From Eubacteriales bacterium (GTDB lineage Bacteria > Bacillota > Clostridia > Oscillospirales > CAG-272), in contig JAZUKT010000303.1 of assembly GCA_045643445.1 (NCBI GenBank), forward strand, positions 1 through 43,461: a stretch of 43,461 bases of DNA, written 5' to 3'. Positions 8,484-17,043 of the stretch are shown piece after piece; positions within the stretch are counted from its first letter, which is position 1; each line of letters opens with the position of its first letter. Both the position numbers and the translations under genes were made by a program. The notes under the pieces were generated by a model, which saw only the letters and a program-made list of their open reading frames with translations, did not search any database and had not been told where the DNA came from.

Positions 8484-9554
8484 TCAGCTCAGTTTGACGA
8501 TCCAGCCCATGTCGTCCGGCTTCTTGCCCCACTGCATACCCGTGATGGCGTCGTACAGCTTCTGTGCGATCGGGCCGATCTCGTTATTATTGATGATCAT
8601 GCGGGAGTCGCCGTCGAACAGTTCGCCGATCGGGGAGATAACGGCTGCCGTGCCGGTGCCGAACGCTTCGTCGAGCTTGCCGTTCTTATTGGCTTCGATG
8701 ACTTCGTCGATGGAGAGTTTGCGTTCTTCAACCGGAACGCCCCACTTCTTGAGCATTTCCACGCAGGAACGTCTCGTAACGCCGGGCAGGATATTGCCGT
8801 CCGTCAGTTCCGGGGTAACGACAACGCCGTCGATCACGAAGAAGACGTTCATGGCGCCGACTTCGTCGATGTACTTGCGGTGGATACCGTCGAGCCAGAG
8901 AACCTGCGCGTAGCCGAGGTCTTCCGCTCTCTTCTGACCGATCAGGGAGGCCGCGTAGTTGCCGCCTGCCTTGGCGAGACCCGTGCCGCCCTTTACGCAG
9001 CGGACGTATTCGCGTTCGACGAAGATCTTGACCGGGTTGATGCCGGCTTCATAGTAAGAGCCGACCGGGGAGAGGATGATGCAGAAAATATAGCTGTGCG
9101 ACGGATGTACGCCGAGGTGCGCGTCGGTCGCGATGATGAACGGGCGGATGTAGAGCGAAGTGCCTTCGTCGTACGGAACCCAGTCAACGTCCGTCATAAC
9201 GGTTTCTTTAATAGCCTGGAGCACGTCCTCTTCCGGGATCGTCGGAACGCAGAGACGCTTGCAGGTATTGTTCATTCTTTCAATGTTCTTGTCCGGGCGG
9301 AAGAGCTGGATACCGCCGTCTGCTCTGCGGTATGCCTTCAGGCCTTCGAACAGTTCCTGCGCGTAATGGAAAACCATGGCGGAAGGATCGAGCGCGAGCG
9401 GTGCGTACGGTACGATGCGCGCGTCATGCCAGCCCTTTTCCGTGGAATAATCCATTAGGAACATATGGTCGGTGAAATAGTTGCCGAAGCCGAGTTTCTT
9501 ATAATCCGGCTTGGTTTTCGGGGTCGCCGTTCTTTCGATTCTGATGTTGAGCAT
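8484..9554 (-). CDS. ilvE: Branched-chain amino acid aminotransferase
   Basis: 356 aa. The fold-type IV pattern ...FEGLKAYR...LYIRPF...GTGLAKAGGNYAASL...EVGAMNVFF...TRRS... is present. Confidence 0.9.
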   Translation of the reverse strand: MLNIRIERTATPKTKPDYKKLGFGNYFTDHMFLMDYSTEKGWHDARIVPYAPLALDPSAMVFHYAQELFEGLKAYRRADGGIQLFRPDKNIERMNNTCKRLCVPTIPEEDVLQAIKETVMTDVDWVPYDEGTSLYIRPFIIATDAHLGVHPSHSYIFCIILSPVGSYYEAGINPVKIFVEREYVRCVKGGTGLAKAGGNYAASLIGQKRAEDLGYAQVLWLDGIHRKYIDEVGAMNVFFVIDGVVVTPELTDGNILPGVTRRSCVEMLKKWGVPVEERKLSIDEVIEANKNGKLDEAFGTGTAAVISPIGELFDGDSRMIINNNEIGPIAQKLYDAITGMQWGKKPDDMGWIVKLS

Positions 9555-9586
9555 AATAATTCCTCCCCATTCGGGTATTTTTTCAT

Positions 9587-9615
9587 ATTATACATCGTCT
9601 TTCACGCAATTGCAA
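9587..9615 (-). promoter_or_regulatory. Sigma-A promoter of ilvE
   Basis: Minus strand: TTGCAA (9615..9610), 17 nt, TATAAT (9592..9587). Confidence 0.6.
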
Positions 9616-9737
9616 GAATTTTGAGGAAATATTCAATAAAAATCCGGCCTTTGTCCGGCATATCCGCGCCGACGACGGAATAAAATCCGATGAAAACAGA
9701 ATTTTGATCCCGTATTCCGATGAAAGGACGCTATATT

Positions 9738-11039
9738 ATGAAAAAAATCACTCTCTTTCTCCTGACCGCGCTGCTCCTTATCGCTCCGCTGACCGTTTCC
9801 GCCGCGGCCTATTCTTTCTCCGGCGGTCTGCTCACGCCCGGACTCCCGCTTCTCGCCGCCGGTGACGGAATGATCCGCTCTTCGCTCGTCGGCACGGAAG
9901 TGACTTTCTCACGCTCCGATTTTGAAAAGGCGGTCGGCTGCAGGCTCGATTCCGTCGTGATCACCGCGCTGCCGCCATCGTCTGATGGGACGCTGTACTT
10001 CGGTTCCGCGCCCGTGATCGCCAATCAGCTGATCGGAGCGGCGGCGCTCTCTTCCCTCCGCTTCGTTCCGTCTGCGGCCTGCGGAACAAGTTCGTTCCGC
10101 TTCAAGGCCGCAGGTGAATACAGCATCGAATGCGCTCTGAAATTCACCGACACCGTCAACGCCGCACCGACTGCCGCTCCTTCCGCCGCCGAAGCCGCCG
10201 CATTCCCCGATTCCGTCTGGACGCAGCAGGACATCACCGTCTACGGCACGCTGAACGGCTCCGATCCCGACGGTGATGCCGTGATCTTCGAGGTGACAAA
10301 AGCGCCCCGGCACGGGATTCTTGAGGTGATCAGCCCGTCGGTCGGCGACTACCGTTACACGCCGTTTGACGGATACGTCGGCAAGGACACGTTCAGTTAC
10401 ACGGTGCGTGACGAATGGGGCAACTATGCCGAAGACGCCGTCGTTTCGGTCGAGGTGGCGCGGGCGGCTGCCGATCTCGTTTTCGCCGACATGGACGGTC
10501 ACTGGGCGTACAACGCGGCGCTCGTGATGGCTGCCGAGGACGCCATGCAGGTCGAATCGGTTGACGGGCAGCTCTATTTCCGCCCGGGCGAACGGATCAG
10601 CCGCGAGGATTTCCTCGTCACGGTGATGAAAGCGCTCGGTTCGGGCGATATTGAGCCGACGGCCACCGTATTCGCCGACAACGCCGCTATCTCGCCCGAC
10701 GCCACCGGCTATATCGACCGCGCTTACCGGCTGGGCGTCATCCGCGGCAGTTATGAGAACGGGATGCTCTGCTTCAAGCCGGGCGATTCGATCACAAGGG
10801 CTGAGGCCGCCGTCATTCTGAACGCCATTCTCGGAGCGGAAACGCCCGACGCCGTCCCGGTCTTCGCCGACAGCTCCGCCGTTCCCGCCTGGGCGCAGGG
10901 CTCGCTTTATGCCCTGACTGCGAGCGGTTACTTCAAAGGTACCGGCGCCGGGCAGCTCTCCCCGAACGAGGTACTTGACCGTGCGCAGACCGCCGAAATC
11001 CTTCTCACGATCCGTCAGAAGCTCGGGACGCTTCGATGA
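9738..11039 (+). CDS. Cell-surface protein: signal peptide, Ig/cadherin-like domain, three SLH repeats
   Basis: MKKITLFLLTALLLIAPLTVSAAA is a signal peptide. GSDPDGDAVIFEVTKAPRHGILEV...YRYTPFDGYVGKDTFSYTVRDEWG is a cadherin-like/VCBS-type module. There are three F-A-D...W-A... SLH-like repeats (FADMDGHWAYNA, FADNAAISPDATGYIDRAY, FADSSAVPAWAQGSLYAL). Confidence 0.8.
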   Translation: MKKITLFLLTALLLIAPLTVSAAAYSFSGGLLTPGLPLLAAGDGMIRSSLVGTEVTFSRSDFEKAVGCRLDSVVITALPPSSDGTLYFGSAPVIANQLIGAAALSSLRFVPSAACGTSSFRFKAAGEYSIECALKFTDTVNAAPTAAPSAAEAAAFPDSVWTQQDITVYGTLNGSDPDGDAVIFEVTKAPRHGILEVISPSVGDYRYTPFDGYVGKDTFSYTVRDEWGNYAEDAVVSVEVARAAADLVFADMDGHWAYNAALVMAAEDAMQVESVDGQLYFRPGERISREDFLVTVMKALGSGDIEPTATVFADNAAISPDATGYIDRAYRLGVIRGSYENGMLCFKPGDSITRAEAAVILNAILGAETPDAVPVFADSSAVPAWAQGSLYALTASGYFKGTGAGQLSPNEVLDRAQTAEILLTIRQKLGTLR

Positions 11040-11133
11040 TTCAAATGATTTTTCTGAATAAATCTGGGGGCGGGCGGCAACAATAGTGTCGTACCCTGAG
11101 CCGATATTTGCGTATAAGAACGGAGAAGGAAAA

Positions 11134-11298
11134 ATGGATAAGAATAATCAGAACCAGTACCAGAACAACAACAATCAGAATCAGAACAACAACAACCAGA
11201 ATCAGAATAAGAATCAGAATCAGAACCAGAACAAGAACAGCCAGAATCAGAATAAGAATCAGAATCAGAACAAGAAGAACGAAGAAGAAAGCTACTGA
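11134..11298 (+). CDS. 54-aa Asn/Gln-rich microprotein (hypothetical)
   Basis: MDKNNQNQYQNNNNQNQNNNNQNQNKNQNQNQNKNSQNQNKNQNQNKKNEEESY has 25 N, 14 Q and 6 K. GGAGAAGGA lies upstream of ATG 11134 and a hairpin plus T-run lies downstream. Coding is unproven. Confidence 0.5.
   Translation: MDKNNQNQYQNNNNQNQNNNNQNQNKNQNQNQNKNSQNQNKNQNQNKKNEEESY
11143..11280 (+). repeat. Imperfect tandem hexanucleotide (CAGAAY/AAGAAY) tract with an embedded exact 31-nt duplication
   Basis: Period-6 repeats run throughout. CCAGAATCAGAATAAGAATCAGAATCAGAAC occurs identically at 11196..11226 and 11241..11271, an offset of 45 nt (15 codons). Confidence 0.85.
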
Positions 11299-11327
11299 CC
11301 GTCCAGTCTGAATCTTCGGGGTACGGG

Positions 11328-11367
11328 AATACCGCTGGTCTCACGATCGGGATCGGCGGTATTTTTT
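11328..11367 (+). terminator. Putative terminator after the N/Q microprotein
   Basis: AATACCGC (11328..11335) pairs with GCGGTATT (11356..11363), followed by TTTTT. The loop is 20 nt. Confidence 0.45.
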
Positions 11368-11430
11368 CGCCGTGCGGCAAATCGCCTAAAGAACCGGCCG
11401 AATCCGTCCGACGTTTCGTGCGCTTCAATA

Positions 11431-11459
11431 TTGACAAGGGATGCGGCGGCAGGTATAAT
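11431..11459 (+). promoter_or_regulatory. Sigma-A promoter of the ABC transporter operon
   Basis: TTGACA (11431..11436), 17 nt, TATAAT (11454..11459). Confidence 0.7.
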
Positions 11460-11549
11460 ATTGATAAGGGATTTATTTCCTTCTTAAATAACCCATGATC
11501 TTTCTATTACACCGCGCAGTCTGCCGGTCTTCGGAAAGGACGCAACGCC

Positions 11550-12647
11550 ATGAAAGTCGTACTCGAAAATCTGACGAAAATTTACCCGAACCGCAACAAA
11601 AAACTGCCTGACGTCCGTGCGGTCGATCACTTCAATTTTGAGATCCCGGACGGCAAGCTGATCGGGCTTCTCGGTCCGTCCGGCTGCGGCAAAAGCACGA
11701 CGCTCAACCTGATCTCCGGCCTCGAAAAGCCGACGGAGGGCAAGATCTATTTCGGCGACGACGACGTGACCGCTCTCCCGCCCGAAAACCGCGGCGTCGG
11801 TCTCGTTTTTCAGAATTACGCGCTCTATCCGCATCTGACGGTGCGCGACAACATCCTCTTCCCGCTTCAGAATCTGCGCGGCAAGGACAGGCTCCCGAAA
11901 GCCGTCATGCTCGAAAAAGCAACGGAAGCCGCGCGGCTCGTACAGATCGACACGCTGATGGACCGCAAGCCGAGCGAGCTCTCCGGCGGCCAGCAGCAGC
12001 GAGTCGCCATCGCGCGGGCGCTCGTCAAGATGCCGAAGGTACTCCTGCTCGACGAACCGCTCTCAAACCTCGACGCGCGGCTGCGCCTCCAGACCAGAGA
12101 GGAGATCCGCCGCATCCAGCACGAGACCGGCATCACGACCGTCTTCGTCACGCACGACCAGGACGAGGCCATGAGCATCTCCGACCACATCATCGTCATG
12201 AAGGACGGCGTCGTTCAGCAGATCGGCAAGCCGCAGGACGTATACGACAATCCCGCCAATCTCTTTGTGGCGAAATTCCTCGGTACGCCGGCGATCAACG
12301 TATTCAAGGGTTCCGTGCGCGCCGGCCGGCTTTACATCGGTGAGGCCGACGTGCTCGGAACGGACGCCCCGGACGGCGACGTGATCGTCTGCATCCGTCC
12401 CGAAGGCTTTATTCCGACGAACGAGGGCGCGCTCCGCTGCCGTCTCGACCGAATCGAGGTCATGGGACGCGACACGAGCATCCTCTCGGAAAACGACGCT
12501 TCCCTCTCCGACACGATCCGCTCGATCGTCCGTTCGGAAACCGTGATCGAAACGGGTGCGGATGAGGTTCGCTTTGCGCTTCTGCCGAAAAAGGTCCACT
12601 TGTTCGACCCGGCGACCGAAGTGCGGCTTGACTGCGAGGTGCGCTGA
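11550..12647 (+). CDS. Sugar ABC transporter ATP-binding protein (MalK/MsmK/UgpC type)
   Basis: Walker A GPSGCGKST, signature LSGGQQQRVAIARAL, Walker B LLLDEPLSNLD, and a C-terminal regulatory/TOBE-like domain. Confidence 0.9.
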   Translation: MKVVLENLTKIYPNRNKKLPDVRAVDHFNFEIPDGKLIGLLGPSGCGKSTTLNLISGLEKPTEGKIYFGDDDVTALPPENRGVGLVFQNYALYPHLTVRDNILFPLQNLRGKDRLPKAVMLEKATEAARLVQIDTLMDRKPSELSGGQQQRVAIARALVKMPKVLLLDEPLSNLDARLRLQTREEIRRIQHETGITTVFVTHDQDEAMSISDHIIVMKDGVVQQIGKPQDVYDNPANLFVAKFLGTPAINVFKGSVRAGRLYIGEADVLGTDAPDGDVIVCIRPEGFIPTNEGALRCRLDRIEVMGRDTSILSENDASLSDTIRSIVRSETVIETGADEVRFALLPKKVHLFDPATEVRLDCEVR

Positions 12648-13537
12648 TGGAATCGAAAAATGCGAAAGCGTGGCTGTATCTTCTGCCCGCCATTCTCTTT
12701 CTCGGCGTTTTCATGATCTACCCGCTCGTCGACGTACTCGTTTACTCCTTTGAGGAAGGCTACAACTCCGCCTCCCAGACGTTCTTCGGCGTCGGCGGCT
12801 ACAACTATTCCTACGTTCTCCACGATCCCTACTTCATTCAGGCGCTCAAGAACACGCTCCTGCTCGTGGCGATCACCGTGCCGCTCTCAACCGGTTTCGC
12901 GCTCCTGATCTCGCTCGGGCTGAACGCCATCAAGCCGCTCCGCAATCTCTTTCAGACCGTTTATTTTCTCCCGTATGTGACGAACACGCTCGCCGTCGGT
13001 CTCGTCTTCATGATCCTCTTCAAAAAGACCGCCTACACGGACGGGCTCGTGAATCTCGTCATCACCTGGTTCGGCGGAAACGGCGTTGACTTCATTGACG
13101 GCCCTTATGCGGCAAAAATGTTCGTCCTTTGCTTCTACACGATCTGGATCGTACTGCCGTTCAAAATCCTGATCCTCACGAGCGCGCTCGCCTCCGTGAA
13201 TCAGACCTATTACAACGCTGCGAAAGTCGACGGAACGCCGCGGTGGCGCGTCTTTACGAAGATCACGCTCCCGATGATCTCCCCGATGATCTTCTATCTC
13301 GTGATCACGGGCTTCATCGGCGCGTTCAAGGCGTACAGCGACGCGGTCGCTCTCTTCGGCACCAATCTGAACGCCGCCGGGATGAACACCATCGTCGGCT
13401 ACGTTTACGATATGCTCTACGGCGACAGCGGCGGATATCCGTCCTATGCGTCGGCAGCGGCGCTCATCCTCTTTGCGATCGTTCTGACGATCACCGTCAT
13501 CAATCTGCTCATCAGCAAAAAGAACGTTCACTATTGA
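12647..13537 (+). CDS. CUT1-family sugar ABC permease (MalF-like)
   Basis: Six predicted TM helices and the EAA-type loop YYNAAKVDGTPRWRVFTKITLP. Start overlaps the preceding stop (TGATGG). Confidence 0.9.
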   Translation: MESKNAKAWLYLLPAILFLGVFMIYPLVDVLVYSFEEGYNSASQTFFGVGGYNYSYVLHDPYFIQALKNTLLLVAITVPLSTGFALLISLGLNAIKPLRNLFQTVYFLPYVTNTLAVGLVFMILFKKTAYTDGLVNLVITWFGGNGVDFIDGPYAAKMFVLCFYTIWIVLPFKILILTSALASVNQTYYNAAKVDGTPRWRVFTKITLPMISPMIFYLVITGFIGAFKAYSDAVALFGTNLNAAGMNTIVGYVYDMLYGDSGGYPSYASAAALILFAIVLTITVINLLISKKNVHY

Positions 13538-13549
13538 CGGGGGCTCACT

Positions 13550-14425
13550 ATGAATCATCAGACTGATTTTGAAAAAATCGAAAAAACGGCTGCCCGACGC
13601 AAAACGGTACGCGACGTTTTCATCTACGTACTGCTCGTCTTCTGGGCGCTGATGGTACTCTTCCCGTTCTACTGGATGCTGCTTACCTCGCTCAAAAGCT
13701 ACAGCGCCTACAACGCGGAATACGTGCCGAAATTCTTTACGCTTTCCCCGACGATCCAGAACTACCTCGACGCCTTCACTTCAGTGAATCTCGGCCGGTA
13801 TTTTCTGAACACGCTCATCTTTACCGCCGCAACGACAGCTCTGATGCTCCTCGTCATCGTCTTTGCCGCCTATGCGTTCGCACGCCTCGAATTCCGCGGC
13901 AAAAATCTCGCGTTCGGCTTCTTCCTCTCGCTCATGATGATCCCGAACGAACTCGTCATCATCACGAATTTCCAGACGATCACGAATCTCGGGATGTGCA
14001 ACACGTTCTGGGGACTCATTCTTCCGTCCGTCACGTCGGTTTTCTACATCTACCTGCTCAAAGAGAATTTTGAGTCGGTGCCCGACGAATTATACAAGGC
14101 CGCCAAAGTGGACGGAACCACCGATCTCAAGTTTCTCTTCAAGGTGATGATCCCGATCTGCCAGCCGACCATCGTGACCGTCACGATCCTGAAGGTCATC
14201 GAATGCTGGAACTCCTACGTCTGGCCGCGCCTGATCACGGATGACGAAGCGTATTTCCTCGTATCGAACGGGATCCAGGAGATCCGCGAAAACGGCTTCG
14301 GACGCGAGAACATTCCCGCCATGATGGCCGCCGTCGTAGTCATTTCCGTTCCGCTGATCGTGCTCTTTCTCATCTTCCACAAGAAGATCATGGAAGGCGT
14401 TTCGAGAGGAGGTACGAAGGGATGA
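13550..14425 (+). CDS. CUT1-family sugar ABC permease (MalG-like)
   Basis: EAA loop LYKAAKVDGTTDLKFLFKVMIP and multiple TM helices. Confidence 0.9.
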   Translation: MNHQTDFEKIEKTAARRKTVRDVFIYVLLVFWALMVLFPFYWMLLTSLKSYSAYNAEYVPKFFTLSPTIQNYLDAFTSVNLGRYFLNTLIFTAATTALMLLVIVFAAYAFARLEFRGKNLAFGFFLSLMMIPNELVIITNFQTITNLGMCNTFWGLILPSVTSVFYIYLLKENFESVPDELYKAAKVDGTTDLKFLFKVMIPICQPTIVTVTILKVIECWNSYVWPRLITDDEAYFLVSNGIQEIRENGFGRENIPAMMAAVVVISVPLIVLFLIFHKKIMEGVSRGGTKG

Positions 14426-16011
14426 TGAAACGAATCACCGCCGTTCTGCTGCTTCTTCTCACTCTGTTTTCGCTGACCGCCTGCCACGGCTCCCGCGAGC
14501 GTCACTCGTTCGACGTGCCGGAATCGTTTGACACGGACAAGCATTACGAGCTGACGTTCTGGGCGAAAAACGATACCAACAAGGCGCAGACGCACGTGTA
14601 CGAAAACGCGGCCGCCGGATTCTCCGCGCTTTATCCGAACGTCACCGTCAACATCCGCCTCTACACGGACTACAAGAAGATCTACAACGACGTCATCACG
14701 AACATCGCAACCGAGACGACGCCGAACATCTGCATCACGTATCCCGACCACATCATGACCTATCTGACCGGCGAAAACGTGGTCGCTCCGCTCGATGATC
14801 TGGCGGCAGACGCCCGCTACGGACTCGGCGGAAGCGAGCTGCTCTTCGACGGCCCGGCGAAAGACGAGATCATCCCGGAATTTCTCGGCGAATGTGTGAT
14901 CGGCGGCACGCTCTACGCGCTCCCCTATATGCGCTCGACCGAGGCCTGCTACATCAACCGTGATTTCGTAGAAGCGCTCGGCTACACCGTGCCCGACGTT
15001 CTGACGTGGGATTTCATCTGGGAAGTCTCCGACGCGGCCGCCGCGAAAAACGAGGACGGCACCTACGCGCTGAACGGGCAGAAAACGATGATCCCGTTCA
15101 TCTACAAATCCACCGACAACATGATGATCCAGCTGCTCCGTCAGAACGGGTACGATTACTCGACGGAACGCGGCGACATTCTCATTTTCAACGACAACAC
15201 ACGCTCTCTCCTCTACACCGTGGCCGAACACACGGCGACCGGCGCGTTCTCAACGTTCAAGATCTCGAGTTATCCCGCGAACTTTCTGAACGCCGGTCAG
15301 TGCGTCTTCGCCATCGACTCCACCGCCGGCGCCACCTGGATGGGCTCGGACGCGCCGCTCTCCGACATCAGCGAGGAATCCATCGTTCGCTTCGATACGG
15401 CGGTTCGCCCCGTTCCGCAGGTCGATCCCGATCACCCCGCCATGATCTCGCAGGGCCCGTCCGTCTGCATCTTCAATAAGGAAGATCCCGGTGAAGTCCT
15501 CGCGTCGTGGCTCTTCATGCAGTATCTGCTCACGAACGACATTCAGATCGGCTACGCCGAAACGGAAGGCTATATCCCCGTCACGAGCAAGGCGCAGAAC
15601 GATCCCGCCTATCAGGATTATCTCGCCCGCGGCGGCGAAGACAACACGACGCATTATCAGGTGAAGATCGAAGCGACGAAACTCCTGCTTTCCCACACGT
15701 CCGACACCTTCGTTACGCCCGCCTTCAACGGTTCCGCCTCTCTGCGCGACGCCGCCGGTCAGCTCATCGAAGACGTCACGAAATCCGTCCGCCGCCGTCA
15801 GACGATCGACGACGACTACATGGAAACGCTCTTCGAGAACGTCAACGCGCTCTACCGGCTCGATCAGCGGAGCGAAAACGCGGCTGAAACCGACCTCGGT
15901 CCGATGCCCGGAACGGCGACGGCTCTCCTCATCGGTCTCGGCGCAACGTGGCTCTGCATTGCCCTGTACGGACTATATCTGTTAATCAAGGCGAAAAGCG
16001 TGAAAAAATAG
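14422..16011 (+). CDS. Extracellular solute-binding lipoprotein (family 1), oversized, with an extra C-terminal TM anchor
   Basis: MMKRITAVLLLLLTLFSLTAC carries a lipobox. The body is SBP-like, and the C-terminus ...GTATALLIGLGATWLCIALYGLYLLIKAKSVKK is a hydrophobic helix with a basic tail. ATGA overlap with the permease gene. Confidence 0.85.
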   Translation: MMKRITAVLLLLLTLFSLTACHGSRERHSFDVPESFDTDKHYELTFWAKNDTNKAQTHVYENAAAGFSALYPNVTVNIRLYTDYKKIYNDVITNIATETTPNICITYPDHIMTYLTGENVVAPLDDLAADARYGLGGSELLFDGPAKDEIIPEFLGECVIGGTLYALPYMRSTEACYINRDFVEALGYTVPDVLTWDFIWEVSDAAAAKNEDGTYALNGQKTMIPFIYKSTDNMMIQLLRQNGYDYSTERGDILIFNDNTRSLLYTVAEHTATGAFSTFKISSYPANFLNAGQCVFAIDSTAGATWMGSDAPLSDISEESIVRFDTAVRPVPQVDPDHPAMISQGPSVCIFNKEDPGEVLASWLFMQYLLTNDIQIGYAETEGYIPVTSKAQNDPAYQDYLARGGEDNTTHYQVKIEATKLLLSHTSDTFVTPAFNGSASLRDAAGQLIEDVTKSVRRRQTIDDDYMETLFENVNALYRLDQRSENAAETDLGPMPGTATALLIGLGATWLCIALYGLYLLIKAKSVKK

Positions 16012-16021
16012 CGCAATCACC

Positions 16022-16049
16022 TTGACTTATTCGGATTTTGATGTATAAT
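16022..16049 (+). promoter_or_regulatory. Putative sigma-A promoter of the downstream lipoprotein gene
   Basis: TTGACT (16022..16027), 16 nt, TATAAT (16044..16049). Confidence 0.5.
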
Positions 16050-16092
16050 AATCATAGTGTTTCACACTTAAAAACAAAAAGGAGTACCCAAA

Positions 16093-16971
16093 ATGAAAAA
16101 GATTCTTGCTCTCGCTCTGGCTCTCTGCCTGATCCTCGCTGCAGTCAGCTGCACCAAGGTTGAAGAAAAGCCCGAAGAAACCGATCCCGCTACGGATGAG
16201 ATCGTTGACACCGAACCCGCAACCGATTCCGAAACGGAACCCGCTATCCCCGATGAAACCGAACCCGAAGAAACCGAAGCGGCTCCCGCTGAAGAAGCAG
16301 ACGTAAAGGGCGAAGGCGTTATGACCTACGCTGAATACGCTGCCGCTGAACTCGACACCGAAGTGACCATCGAAACCTACGTTCAGGCCAAGCAGTCCTG
16401 GTGGGACAACAAGGCTACCGTTTACACGCAGGACAAGGACGGCGCTTACTTCCTCTACAACATGGTCTGCTCCGAAGAAGATTACGAAAAGCTGACCGTC
16501 GGTACGAAGATCAAGGTTACCGGCTTCAAGGCTGAATGGGCCGGCGAAGTTGAACTCGCTGAAGGCGCTACCTTCGAAATCGAAGAAGGCAATTACGTTG
16601 CTGCTCCTGTTGACGTTACCGCTCTTCTCGGCACCGATGAACTCATCGAAAAGCAGAACCAGCTCGTCGCCTTCAAGGGCATGACCGTTGCTCCGAGCAC
16701 CGATGCTGACGGCAACGAAGCCGCATTCCTCTACAACTGGGACGGCTCCGGCGAAGACGGCAACGACCTGTACTTCAACGTTGCTCTCGGCGAAAACACC
16801 TACACCTTCACCGTTGAATCCTACCTCTGCGACAACACCACCGACGTTTACGCTGCCGTTAAGGCTCTCCAGATCGGCGACGTGATCGACATGGAAGGCT
16901 TCCTCTACTGGTACAACGGCGTCAACCCGCACATCACGGCTGTTGCCGCTGCCGAATCCGCTGAAGCATAA
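16093..16971 (+). CDS. Lipoprotein of unknown function with an acidic Thr/Glu/Pro linker
   Basis: MKKILALALALCLILAAVSC carries a lipobox, with RBS AAAGGAG. A linker of about 45 aa (EEKPEETDPATDEIVDTEPATDSETEPAIPDETEPEETEAAPAEEA) precedes a globular domain of about 220 aa that I do not recognise. Confidence 0.7.
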   Translation: MKKILALALALCLILAAVSCTKVEEKPEETDPATDEIVDTEPATDSETEPAIPDETEPEETEAAPAEEADVKGEGVMTYAEYAAAELDTEVTIETYVQAKQSWWDNKATVYTQDKDGAYFLYNMVCSEEDYEKLTVGTKIKVTGFKAEWAGEVELAEGATFEIEEGNYVAAPVDVTALLGTDELIEKQNQLVAFKGMTVAPSTDADGNEAAFLYNWDGSGEDGNDLYFNVALGENTYTFTVESYLCDNTTDVYAAVKALQIGDVIDMEGFLYWYNGVNPHITAVAAAESAEA

Positions 16972-16992
16972 TCAGCATATCGACAACCAAAC

Positions 16993-17034
16993 AAGGCGTA
17001 CTGCATTTTCCGTGCGGTACGCCTTTTCTTTATT
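16993..17034 (+). terminator. Intrinsic terminator after the lipoprotein gene
   Basis: AAGGCGTAC (16993..17001) pairs with GTACGCCTT (17017..17025), followed by TTCTTTATT. Confidence 0.6.
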
Positions 17035-17043
17035 CGATTGGAG

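Noticed and set aside
9640-9725. Small hairpin CCGG-cctttgt-CCGG with a flanking A/T run, and a 10-nt direct repeat TCCGATGAAA (9686..9695, 9716..9725) upstream of the SLH gene
   Set aside because: The stem is only 4 bp. The second repeat copy overlaps the RBS/start region, and chance recurrence of a 10-mer within 40 nt of AT-rich DNA cannot be excluded. This is too weak to call.
11015-11437. 140-aa minus-strand ORF with Ser/Asp/Cys repeats (SDSDSYSDSGC...) across the hexanucleotide tract
   Set aside because: It would run through the ABC-operon promoter and into the 3' end of the SLH gene. It has no RBS, and its repeat is simply the reverse-complement reading of the CAGAAT array. The plus-strand N/Q frame has the better start context, so the minus frame was dropped. 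Neither frame is experimentally supported.
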